Source: an uncultured candidate division Zixibacteria bacterium (lineage in GTDB: Bacteria; Zixibacteria; MSB-5A5; GN15; PGXB01). Taken from it: a stretch of 64,000 bases of DNA. The notes under the pieces were generated by a model, which ran no database searches, was not told the DNA's origin, and saw only the letters and a list, made by a program, of their open reading frames with translations. This document shows positions 10,084 to 18,620 of this stretch, piece after piece; the stretch's first letter is position 1; each line of letters begins with the position of its first letter. Location of the stretch: the NCBI GenBank assembly GCA_963702205.1, contig OY969724.1:3200001-3264000 (forward strand). Direction: 5' to 3'. A program made the position numbers and the translations under genes.

Positions 10084-10119
10084 ATTCCGAAACCTAAGCG
10101 AATATTGCAATGGACGTAT

Positions 10120-10148
10120 AAAACCCCCCGATTGATCGGGGGGTTTTT
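10120..10148. terminator. Bidirectional Rho-independent terminator
   Basis: AAAACCCCCCGAT-TG-ATCGGGGGGTTTT between convergent genes. Confidence 0.85.
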
Positions 10149-10177
10149 CTTACAGCCCGTCTGTTCGTTTCTTTTTT

Positions 10178-11254
10178 TTATTCACCACCAATGGAAATGG
10201 TTTCCGGGTTTTGTGCTATAGGCTCCTCCTCTCCTTTTTTGGGCTCGATCAGGTTTTTGACCTGCGAACCGGAATTAATAAGGACACCGTGATCGTCAGT
10301 GCCGGCCAGGACCTGACGACCGAATCTTTCAATAGAGGTGGCCGGTCTGTCTCCCAGATTCTTGACGGGAAGGAATTCGTTGTTGAAGTACGATATTACC
10401 CCACTTCGGGTCGCAATCAGGACGACCCAGTCGGAGGCGTCGATATCGGTGACCCAATCCGACGGCAATCCGTCCTCGGCCGTCAATTGCTGCCAGCTTC
10501 CACCATTGTAGGTAAAAAAACCATCGTCGGTGCCGACATAAAGGTGGCCGTGGTTGAAATCGAGTGCCCGGACGTCGTCGAAAATGGTCGTGTCGCGGTA
10601 AAGATATCGCTTCACGAATTCCTCGCCGTTCCAGCGGTACAACCCCTGGCCGTCGGTCGCCACCCAGAGCCCATTGTCGTCGGCGGTCATGCGCTTGACG
10701 GCGAAGTCGGTACTTACGGTCATGTCGCCGATCGTGCTCTTTGAGTACAGCCCTTTGTCCGTCCCAATCGCCAGAGCGAAGCCATAGGCGTACAGGTCAT
10801 TAATGGTGCCTTCGAACTGCGCGTCGACCGGTATCAGCGAGTCATCGGAGACGGTATAAAGCTTCTCGCCACCGACATAAACCTGATCGTCGAACCGCGC
10901 CACGGCATTGAACACCTCGCCGGTTTCGATAAAGACAGGTGTTCCCACGGCGAAATCATAGACGATGACACCGCCGTCGTAGACGGCATACAGCACGGAA
11001 TCGACCATGAGCATATCGTTGATGCCGCCGAAATTGGTGACATTTTCAGCCGGGCCGATCTTTTGGGCATCGCTGTCGGCCGCGGCAAAAGTGGCGTCGA
11101 CAAATTCATGCCCCACGTCGCTGGCGATAGTATCAATGGCATCGGCCAGCGAATCATTTTTTGTCTCGGTCTTGTTGCCGCTGCATCCGACAAAGAGCAG
11201 CAGCGCTAACGCGGTCATTGCCCCGGCGATTTTGAGATTTCTTAAGTTTTTCAT
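10178..11254 (-). CDS. Lipoprotein with two-component-regulator-type beta-propeller repeats
   Basis: Lipobox LFVGC; repeats LWVATDGQGLYRW, LYVGTDDGF, DGLPSDWVTDI; AAGGAGG SD before ATG 11254. Confidence 0.8.
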   Translation of the reverse strand: MKNLRNLKIAGAMTALALLLFVGCSGNKTETKNDSLADAIDTIASDVGHEFVDATFAAADSDAQKIGPAENVTNFGGINDMLMVDSVLYAVYDGGVIVYDFAVGTPVFIETGEVFNAVARFDDQVYVGGEKLYTVSDDSLIPVDAQFEGTINDLYAYGFALAIGTDKGLYSKSTIGDMTVSTDFAVKRMTADDNGLWVATDGQGLYRWNGEEFVKRYLYRDTTIFDDVRALDFNHGHLYVGTDDGFFTYNGGSWQQLTAEDGLPSDWVTDIDASDWVVLIATRSGVISYFNNEFLPVKNLGDRPATSIERFGRQVLAGTDDHGVLINSGSQVKNLIEPKKGEEEPIAQNPETISIGGE

Positions 11255-11303
11255 AACTCCTCCTTTGTTTGTTGGTTTTTGGCCGGTTTTAATAGAATAT
11301 CTA

Positions 11304-11319
11304 TTCAAAGATTGTGCCA
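11304..11319 (-). promoter_or_regulatory. Putative sigma-54 -24/-12 promoter (TGGCACAATCTTTGAA)
   Basis: Perfect -24 TGGCAC, correct spacing, -12 TTGA variant, 50 bp upstream of the lipoprotein start. Confidence 0.6.
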
Positions 11320-11384
11320 AGGCACTATGTGCCTGTATTTCAGTGACTTACGAGGTTATACCTGATCAGGGAAAAAACAAAATC

Positions 11385-11465
11385 GTGTCAATATTGACAC
11401 ATAGTGCCGATATAAATGTATAACCTGTTGAACAGAAGAGCTTTTTTATGTGTCATTCTTGACAC
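11385..11465. promoter_or_regulatory. Two GTGTCA-N4-TGACAC palindromes, putative enhancer (UAS) sites
   Basis: GTGTCAATATTGACAC at 11385-11400 and GTGTCATTCTTGACAC at 11450-11465. Confidence 0.65.
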
Positions 11466-11511
11466 AGGGATTTAGATTATTTGTAATGAATTTATCTGGC
11501 GGATTGTCTTA

Positions 11512-12801
11512 ATGAGTAGCTGGAAGAATAATTATACTGTGATCATCGTGATCGCCCTGGTTTCAATATTATTTTCTGCCGTCTTATCAGTCGATGCCAC
11601 AGAACTGAAAACAAATATCCTGCAGTACAAGCAGGGACGATTTTATTTTCCCGCCGGGCGCGAGGCTCTCGTATATCCGCACTGCTCGTACGTTTTATTC
11701 AACGGCGATGATTCGATTCTGTCGGGCAAAATAGAGGTTTCCGCGCTGGGTGTAAGTTATAGTGATCAGGCCGGAGCAGCTTTGGATAGTACAATTCTCG
11801 ATAAATTGACCGCCGTTATCACGACCGCCGATATCGACAGCACCGCCGCAATTGCAATTGGGGCCGTCTATTTCAGCCAGGTGCCGTACAGCTCGATGTT
11901 CCCCGACCTGTTCGGGCTTTTCGCCTCGCCGAAGAACAGCGCCATATTTTTCACGGAGGCGGGCAACGCCATCAAGATCAAGCGCTACCTCTCCCTCACC
12001 GAGATGAAGCTTGCTTTTGAATCCGGTGCGATCGATGGCTATTTTTCGTACAATTATCCTCAGACGTGTGACACCGACATGATGATAACGTCGGCCCCAG
12101 CTCCGTATTTCGTAGCGCTTTTGCCCAATATATCGACTCTATATAACCAACGCGGTTTGATGACGACGTCGCTGTATTATCGTGTCGACAACGGCAATCT
12201 TGGCAACCTGTTCGGCGGAGACAAGGCGAGCGCTCAAAACTGCCCGGAACCGATGCCCGATTCGTGCCCGCGCCCGCTGCCATACGATATGCTCAAGGGT
12301 CAGCAGTTATTGAACGTCCTCAAGCCGATCAGCGGTCCGGTAAGGATTGCTTCATCGGATCGCGAATTTCAACCGACCGCGATGTACTTCGCCGACGTCC
12401 TGTGGCGGGAGAAAGTAGAAACGCGCCTTCAGATCGGTCGCGGCGGAGCGGACATCTATATTGCGCCGGTGCCGGTATCGACCGACAGTTTATGGCTGAG
12501 CCTGGAATACATTAAAACATTTCTATCGCAGGATACCATCGCCGGGCGGAGCGCCAATAAAAACATCCAGCTGCTTAGCAATTATATCAACGAAATAAAA
12601 TCAGCCGACAGTCTGAACCGAAAACTGGAATACGTAAAGAAAAGCACCGAGCTTCTCTGGCAGGATATAGGAGTTTTTGCGCTGTATCGGCCGAAAGTGT
12701 ATTTTGTATGCCGACAGGACATCGGGAGTGTTGCTTTCAATAAGGATGGGTATGTAAATCTAAAGGAGCTTGTAAAGCTCCGTCTGCCGAGCGGAGATTA
12801 A
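11512..12801 (+). CDS. Exported protein, weakly solute-binding-protein-like
   Basis: Signal peptide; 'LAFESGAIDG' and 'YDMLKGQQLL' resemble family-5 SBP motifs; in an operon with the two-component system. Confidence 0.5.
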   Translation: MSSWKNNYTVIIVIALVSILFSAVLSVDATELKTNILQYKQGRFYFPAGREALVYPHCSYVLFNGDDSILSGKIEVSALGVSYSDQAGAALDSTILDKLTAVITTADIDSTAAIAIGAVYFSQVPYSSMFPDLFGLFASPKNSAIFFTEAGNAIKIKRYLSLTEMKLAFESGAIDGYFSYNYPQTCDTDMMITSAPAPYFVALLPNISTLYNQRGLMTTSLYYRVDNGNLGNLFGGDKASAQNCPEPMPDSCPRPLPYDMLKGQQLLNVLKPISGPVRIASSDREFQPTAMYFADVLWREKVETRLQIGRGGADIYIAPVPVSTDSLWLSLEYIKTFLSQDTIAGRSANKNIQLLSNYINEIKSADSLNRKLEYVKKSTELLWQDIGVFALYRPKVYFVCRQDIGSVAFNKDGYVNLKELVKLRLPSGD

Positions 12802-12808
12802 CGATACT

Positions 12809-14443
12809 ATGACTACGACCACACGCATACGGCTGTTTCTCGTTCTGGCGGCGATTCTTCCACCGATATTGATATTGTCCGCCCTGCACCTTATTACCAA
12901 TCAACGACAGGAGCAATCGGCCCGAAGAAGCGCCGATGAGAGTCTGAACTCGTACGCTCAATTCGACATGGCCTATCACGAGCGAATGCACGACCTCAAC
13001 GCGGAGCTGATCAAGATGGAGGCGGTCAAAGACGCCGCCCTCAGGATCGAATCGCACGCAAAAGGTCAAATAACCCTCGGTTCTCTTCCCCCCGGTATCG
13101 ATTTTATGGAAATTCTGTCCAAAGATCTAAAAGTAATCGTTTCCGCGCACCGTCCCGGTCTGGTCGGCGAAAAAATGCCGCTGGATACAATAACACTTGA
13201 CTCGGAAGGCTACCTGGCCCGCACCGAATACGACATCGGCGGCCCTCACGCGGCTTATTCGTACCTCAGCAAAATAGACGATCATCTTTACTTGTACTCC
13301 GGGACTTATATAGACCGCAGCTACCTTGATTTGCTGGCGGAAATCACCAATGCCAATATTGACCTGGTCATGGCCGATGATTCCTCGTCGGAGTCATCTT
13401 ATTTGAGCCGGCTCGACGCAAACCAGTTGTACGAAAGAGGATCGTCCCTGATAGCTGTACTATCGGGAGGAAAGCAGGCGGGATTCTATATAACGGCGAC
13501 TTTCAGCACCAAAACCGACAGCCCCATATTCCAATCGCTGTTTGAAGTCACCGCCCTCGCGGCGTTGGTTTCCGTAATATTGGCAATCTTCCTCGGCATG
13601 TATATCACCGGCAAAACCAAAAAAGAAATCGACAACCTCATCACCGCCAGCCGACAGGTCGCCGAGGGCGACTGGACGACACCGGTCATGGCCTATGAAG
13701 AAGGTGAATTTTCCGAGCTGGCCGATTCGTTCAACAGTATGAAAAGAAATCTCAAAACCACACAGGACCGTCTGACTACCGCTGAAAAAATAGCCGCCTG
13801 GGAGGCGATGGGCCGCAAGGTCGCCCACGAAATAAAGAACCCGCTGACACCGATCTCAATCGGCATCGACGATCTCAAGGCCGCCTACAGCGAAACGCCG
13901 GAGAACTTCAATCAAACGCTCGATCAGACGGTCCGCACCATCAAATACGAAGTCAACCGCATGAAACGCCTGCTCGATCAATTTTCGGCCTTCGCCCGCA
14001 TGGCCCCACCGAATATTAAAGAGACCGCGGTGACATCAATGATCGAGAAAATAACAACGCTGTATAAATCCCAAATCGAAAGCGCGACGCTGAGTATTGA
14101 CATCAATGCCCTGCCCAAAAGTATCAAATGTGACGAAGAGCAAATCGAGCAGTTGCTTATCAATCTGATCAAAAATGCGCTCGAATCCGGCGAAAGTACT
14201 AAGGTTGAAATCGTGTGTGGCGGCACCGACAAAGATATTACTTTTACAATTCGCGATAACGGGCCGGGATTTGATGACAAAGTATTATCGAACCCGTTTG
14301 AACCGTACGTGTCTACCAAAAAAGACGGCTCCGGGCTGGGGCTGGTTATCTGCCGACGGATAGTACACGATCACGGAGGCAGGATCGAGTTGCGCAATCG
14401 TCGCGAAGGAGGCGCGGAAGTACTTATTGCACTACCGCGCTAA
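12809..14443 (+). CDS. HAMP sensor histidine kinase (NtrY-like)
   Basis: AWEAMGRKVAHEIKNPLTPI H-box, NLIKNA, DNGPG, GSGLGL; two TMs plus HAMP. Confidence 0.93.
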   Translation: MTTTTRIRLFLVLAAILPPILILSALHLITNQRQEQSARRSADESLNSYAQFDMAYHERMHDLNAELIKMEAVKDAALRIESHAKGQITLGSLPPGIDFMEILSKDLKVIVSAHRPGLVGEKMPLDTITLDSEGYLARTEYDIGGPHAAYSYLSKIDDHLYLYSGTYIDRSYLDLLAEITNANIDLVMADDSSSESSYLSRLDANQLYERGSSLIAVLSGGKQAGFYITATFSTKTDSPIFQSLFEVTALAALVSVILAIFLGMYITGKTKKEIDNLITASRQVAEGDWTTPVMAYEEGEFSELADSFNSMKRNLKTTQDRLTTAEKIAAWEAMGRKVAHEIKNPLTPISIGIDDLKAAYSETPENFNQTLDQTVRTIKYEVNRMKRLLDQFSAFARMAPPNIKETAVTSMIEKITTLYKSQIESATLSIDINALPKSIKCDEEQIEQLLINLIKNALESGESTKVEIVCGGTDKDITFTIRDNGPGFDDKVLSNPFEPYVSTKKDGSGLGLVICRRIVHDHGGRIELRNRREGGAEVLIALPR

Positions 14444-14446
14444 GAC

Positions 14447-15769
14447 ATGGCAAGAATTTTAATAATCGACGATGAAGAAAATATACGTTCGTCTCTGAAA
14501 ACGGCTCTGGACAGGCGTGGGCACGACGTTGTCACGGCTGAATCACTGGGACGGGCGGAAGAATTCATCAAGGCCAGATTCGATATAATATTTCTCGACG
14601 TTGTCCTGCCCGACGGCAACGGCATCGAATTCATGAAGAAAATAATACTGTCCGATCCCCGGCAGTTAATCGTCATGATATCCGGCCAGGCCGACATTGA
14701 AATGGCGGTCGGAGCTATACGCGGCGGGGCTTATGATTTCATAGAAAAGCCGCTGTCGCTCGATCGCGTCCTTATCACAATCGACAACGCCCTGACGAAA
14801 GGTCGGCTGCTCGATGAAAATATCCGGCTGACTTTTAAAGCGTACGGTGAATTTGTCGGTGATTCTCCTTTTATCAAAGAGTTCATTTCAGATATTCATA
14901 AATCGGCGCCGAAAACATCGCGGTTTCTGATTCTCGGCGAAAACGGAACCGGCAAGGAGCTGGTCGCGAATATGATCCACCGTCTCGGCCGTTTCAGCGG
15001 CGGGGCTTTTGTCCCGGTCAACTGCGCAGCTCTACCATCGGAATTGGTGGAGTCAGAGCTGTTCGGGCACGTCCCCGGCGCGTTTACGGGCGCATCGAAA
15101 GCCCGCGCCGGGCGTTTTGTTAAGGCCGACGGCGGTTCCATATTTCTCGATGAAATCAGCGAGATGCCCGCCGAAGCTCAGGCCAAAATGCTGCGGGTGA
15201 TAGAAACGGGCGAAGTCACCCCGGTTGGATCCGATAAAGCCCAAAACGTTTCGTGCAATATTATCGCCGCGTCCAACCGCGACCCGGAGAAAATGGTCGC
15301 CGACGGGAAATTCCGTCAGGACCTGCTCTATCGCCTGAACGTGGTGCAGTTTCAAATACCGCCTTTGAGAGAAAGAACGGGGGACATAAAACTTTTGTCG
15401 GAGTACTTCCTGAAACGTTTCGCCGAAGAAACCGGTGGTAGAATCAAAGAGTTGGATAAATCGGCGTTGGAGCTTTTGGGTCACTACTCGTTTCCGGGTA
15501 ACGTCAGGGAATTGAAAAATATCATGGAGCGTCTGAATATCTATTGTGACGCTGACGTCGCCGGAGAGTCAGACCTCAAGCCGTATCTCGGTGAGGCAAT
15601 GTCATCCGATTTAAAGCTCAAAGACGCCGTCGATGATTTCGAGCGCGATTTCATCGAGCGGGCCATTGCCCGCAACGCCGGGAATATCGCTGAAACCGCC
15701 CGACAGCTTGGCCTGGAACGATCCCACTTATACAAAAAGATGAAAAAATACGGGATCAATCATCCTTGA
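14447..15769 (+). CDS. Sigma-54-dependent response regulator (NtrC/NtrX-like)
   Basis: REC domain, GENGTGKE, intact GAFTGA, FLDEI, PGNVREL, Fis-type HTH. Confidence 0.95.
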   Translation: MARILIIDDEENIRSSLKTALDRRGHDVVTAESLGRAEEFIKARFDIIFLDVVLPDGNGIEFMKKIILSDPRQLIVMISGQADIEMAVGAIRGGAYDFIEKPLSLDRVLITIDNALTKGRLLDENIRLTFKAYGEFVGDSPFIKEFISDIHKSAPKTSRFLILGENGTGKELVANMIHRLGRFSGGAFVPVNCAALPSELVESELFGHVPGAFTGASKARAGRFVKADGGSIFLDEISEMPAEAQAKMLRVIETGEVTPVGSDKAQNVSCNIIAASNRDPEKMVADGKFRQDLLYRLNVVQFQIPPLRERTGDIKLLSEYFLKRFAEETGGRIKELDKSALELLGHYSFPGNVRELKNIMERLNIYCDADVAGESDLKPYLGEAMSSDLKLKDAVDDFERDFIERAIARNAGNIAETARQLGLERSHLYKKMKKYGINHP

Positions 15770-15822
15770 AAAAGCGGATAATTTTATCTATACTCCGGGC
15801 AATATTAGATAAGGGGATTTAA

Positions 15823-16230
15823 ATGACCGCCATAGATATTGCCCGGGCCTATTACCAGGCCTGGAACGATCATGACGCCAAGGCGATTTCCGGCCTGTTC
15901 ATCAACGATGCCGTCTTCACCGATCCATCGGCCGGAGCCATACAGAAAAAATCGGCCATAGTCGAATACGCCAGGATTATGTTTCTGGCCTTTCCCGATA
16001 TTAAGTACGACGTCACCGCCCAGCACGACACCGGCACGGGTAAGATTATCACGGAGTACACGATCACCGGCACCAATACCGGGCCGCTGCCGGGAATGAT
16101 GCCGACTTCAAAACCGATGCAAGTCGAGGCAGTCGATGTTATGGTAATCGACGACGGAAGAATTAAAGTTCTGAAGGGCTTTTTTGATCGTCTCGCCATT
16201 GCCGAGCAGCTTGGCTGGGTACAGCAGTAG
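15823..16230 (+). CDS. SnoaL-like/ester cyclase (NTF2-like) protein
   Basis: AWNDHD, AFPD, GTNTGPL..PTSK, DGRI motifs. Confidence 0.85.
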   Translation: MTAIDIARAYYQAWNDHDAKAISGLFINDAVFTDPSAGAIQKKSAIVEYARIMFLAFPDIKYDVTAQHDTGTGKIITEYTITGTNTGPLPGMMPTSKPMQVEAVDVMVIDDGRIKVLKGFFDRLAIAEQLGWVQQ

Positions 16231-16252
16231 ACCTGCAATTTTAATATCAGAT

Positions 16253-16281
16253 AAAAAGCGAGCCCATGGCTCGCTTTTTTT
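16253..16281. terminator. Bidirectional Rho-independent terminator
   Basis: AAAAAGCGAGCC-CAT-GGCTCGCTTTTTT between convergent genes. Confidence 0.85.
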
Positions 16282-16321
16282 AACCGCTTGGATGGACTAT
16301 TGTCGCTCGCGACAATATTTA

Positions 16322-16534
16322 TTATGCCGACGCGTGCTTATGCGCGGACTTGCCAAAAAACAGCTTGCGCAGGAATATTTCTGCCGGGCAAAACCCGGTA
16401 AACGACGACTGCACCAGGTTAAAGCCGACGAAAGCCGTCAGCAAAAACCAGTACTGCGATACGAAATAGCCCAGCGCCAGCGAAGCCAGCACCAAAATAC
16501 CGGCCACGAGTCGGACTGAATTTTCCAGTGTCAT
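16322..16534 (-). CDS. DUF2892 (YgaP-like) small membrane protein
   Basis: VRLVAG...FVGFNLVQSSFTGFCP; AGGAG SD. Confidence 0.85.
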   Translation of the reverse strand: MTLENSVRLVAGILVLASLALGYFVSQYWFLLTAFVGFNLVQSSFTGFCPAEIFLRKLFFGKSAHKHASA

Positions 16535-16543
16535 AATTTTCTC

Positions 16544-17791
16544 CTAATAACCATAAGTAACTTTCAGGTACGCATTATCGTTCTTCTGAAAAGCCCCGAA
16601 GCTGGTGTATTCGTGGTTACCACCAAAAATATTCGCTCCCACCGCCAAAGTCAGGGCATCGGTATATTTATAACTTATCGAAAACCGGCCGTAAAAATCC
16701 TCCTCGTTGGGTGAATAGAATCCGAATGCCGAAACCGTGATCGTCTCCATTTTCAATAGCTGCGTGATACGCGACGTTATCAGATGGTACATCTCATCCA
16801 TCTGCGGCATCTGCGGCGCAAGATTCTCAACATAGACGTTATGATCGAGCATGAAATCGTTTTGATACTGCACGTTGACGGTCAGGTTGGAATTCAACTG
16901 CCGCTCGAATCCGATCATGCTTTTTATCGAGGAGTTCGGGATAGCCGGATTGCCACCGCCGGCGTCTTCGCGCGAATCATAATAGCCGCCCTCCAGCCAT
17001 GTAATCCCGCCTAAAATCGGCATACGAATCGAGGCCCCGTATACATCTAACGAGGGATAGTATGCGCCGCTGTCGTTCATACCGACCGGGTTTTTGAAAA
17101 AGCCGTGGTAGCCGTAGAGCGCCACGTCGGCCGTCCCGAAATATCGGCTGAAACGCCCGGCGAACTCTCCGTTCTTGAACCTGGCCGTCGGCATGATGCC
17201 CTCGAAATACGGTTCTCCACCGACAATGGTCCCGGCCATCGGGTCGAAATAGCTTAAGCGCTCTCCGGTCGGAATCCGGTTGGGCGTGAACCTCGGAGTA
17301 TACACGAAATTGAACGTCCCGATCGGATTGTAATAGGACATGCGTAGGGCATTTTGCGGAGCCTTGAGGTACTGATCGTCACGCCCGCTGAAAAACGACC
17401 GATAGTCCTTCGCGAAAAGGTCATTGATAAAGATCAGGTCGCCCGTGCCCCAGGTAATTATTTGGCGGCCAATTTTGAAGTCCACATGGTTGCCGAAACG
17501 GAACTTGGCGTAACCTTCGCGCAGCTCCATTTTGAGTGACTGCTCATAAAAATCATCGTACGTAAAATCCAGCCGCCCGAAAAATTCCGCGGCGTCGCCG
17601 TACGATTCCAGTTTTAACTGCAAGCGCGTCTCGGAAGCCGTCAGTTCCGACGGCGTCGGATTGTTTTTATCCAGTCCGCCTCCGTAAAGACCCTGAACGA
17701 ACCCGCCGAGGCTGACATCATCGGCCATTGCCGATGATGCCAATACCGCAATTATTAATAATCCCAGAATATATTTGCTAAGTTGAATCAC
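16544..17791 (-). CDS. Outer-membrane beta-barrel/porin-like protein
   Basis: Signal peptide; LREGY, KIGRQIITWG motif; C-terminal YLKVTYGY. Confidence 0.75.
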   Translation of the reverse strand: MIQLSKYILGLLIIAVLASSAMADDVSLGGFVQGLYGGGLDKNNPTPSELTASETRLQLKLESYGDAAEFFGRLDFTYDDFYEQSLKMELREGYAKFRFGNHVDFKIGRQIITWGTGDLIFINDLFAKDYRSFFSGRDDQYLKAPQNALRMSYYNPIGTFNFVYTPRFTPNRIPTGERLSYFDPMAGTIVGGEPYFEGIMPTARFKNGEFAGRFSRYFGTADVALYGYHGFFKNPVGMNDSGAYYPSLDVYGASIRMPILGGITWLEGGYYDSREDAGGGNPAIPNSSIKSMIGFERQLNSNLTVNVQYQNDFMLDHNVYVENLAPQMPQMDEMYHLITSRITQLLKMETITVSAFGFYSPNEEDFYGRFSISYKYTDALTLAVGANIFGGNHEYTSFGAFQKNDNAYLKVTYGY

Positions 17792-17800
17792 TTTTCCCCC

Positions 17801-18601
17801 CTACTTTATGAATTCGCGGGGCGGATTCTTCATATAGCGTTCCGTGAAGATGTCCTCACCCAATCCCACGTTGTATTTGATATTTCCGAATTCGACCGTG
17901 GTGTACTGGTTTTTCCTGACGTTTTCCATCTTGCGCAAAGTCGGCGTCACGATGCCATCGATGGTCTGAATTTTCTCGGCCGTGAAGACGCGTTCCAGTT
18001 CGTTCTTATCGTCGTAATATTCCTCTTTCAATGGGAGGTAGTTTTCCTTGTCGATATAAGACACCTTGCGGGAAAACCCCTTATAAGGCTGTTTCGGAAT
18101 CGATTCGATGACGTATACGTCGCGGTTTCCGAGCTTTTCTTCGCGAAGCAGCTTGTGATTGTCCTCCGTCCAGTGACGCCCGGATACGTCTTCGTACGTG
18201 AAGTCCGATCCGACAAAACTGGAATTCTTGTCATCGGCCGATATACGCTTGACCAGATCGACCGACGGGATATACAGCCAGCGATTGTCGGTGGCATCGG
18301 GAATCTTGTGAACCATAAACGTCAGCCGGGCCACGTCGCTGGGCTTTTTGAAATACGTATAGTACATCTGCTTGCCGCCGTCCTGCTGGTCGAGGCGAAG
18401 CATCGTGAATTCGCGGACGCGCTCCTTGCCTTTGGAGTTGACAATGCTCATGTGGACGTCGGCGACGCCGTCGTCACCGGCATAATACATGGCCAGGTGC
18501 GACTTCTTCATGATCTCTTCGGCCCGGTCCTGGGCCATAAGGTTGACCGCACCGAACATCAGGATGAGTGTCATTATTGTGATGAGTTGGAATCGTTTCA
18601 T
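17801..18601 (-). CDS. Outer membrane lipoprotein-sorting (LolA-like) protein
   Basis: F..PSDV, RWLYIPS..LVKRIS, SFVGSDFTYED, IFTERY. Confidence 0.88.
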   Translation of the reverse strand: MKRFQLITIMTLILMFGAVNLMAQDRAEEIMKKSHLAMYYAGDDGVADVHMSIVNSKGKERVREFTMLRLDQQDGGKQMYYTYFKKPSDVARLTFMVHKIPDATDNRWLYIPSVDLVKRISADDKNSSFVGSDFTYEDVSGRHWTEDNHKLLREEKLGNRDVYVIESIPKQPYKGFSRKVSYIDKENYLPLKEEYYDDKNELERVFTAEKIQTIDGIVTPTLRKMENVRKNQYTTVEFGNIKYNVGLGEDIFTERYMKNPPREFIK

Positions 18602-18620
18602 TTCTCCTTGCCTTTCTTTA

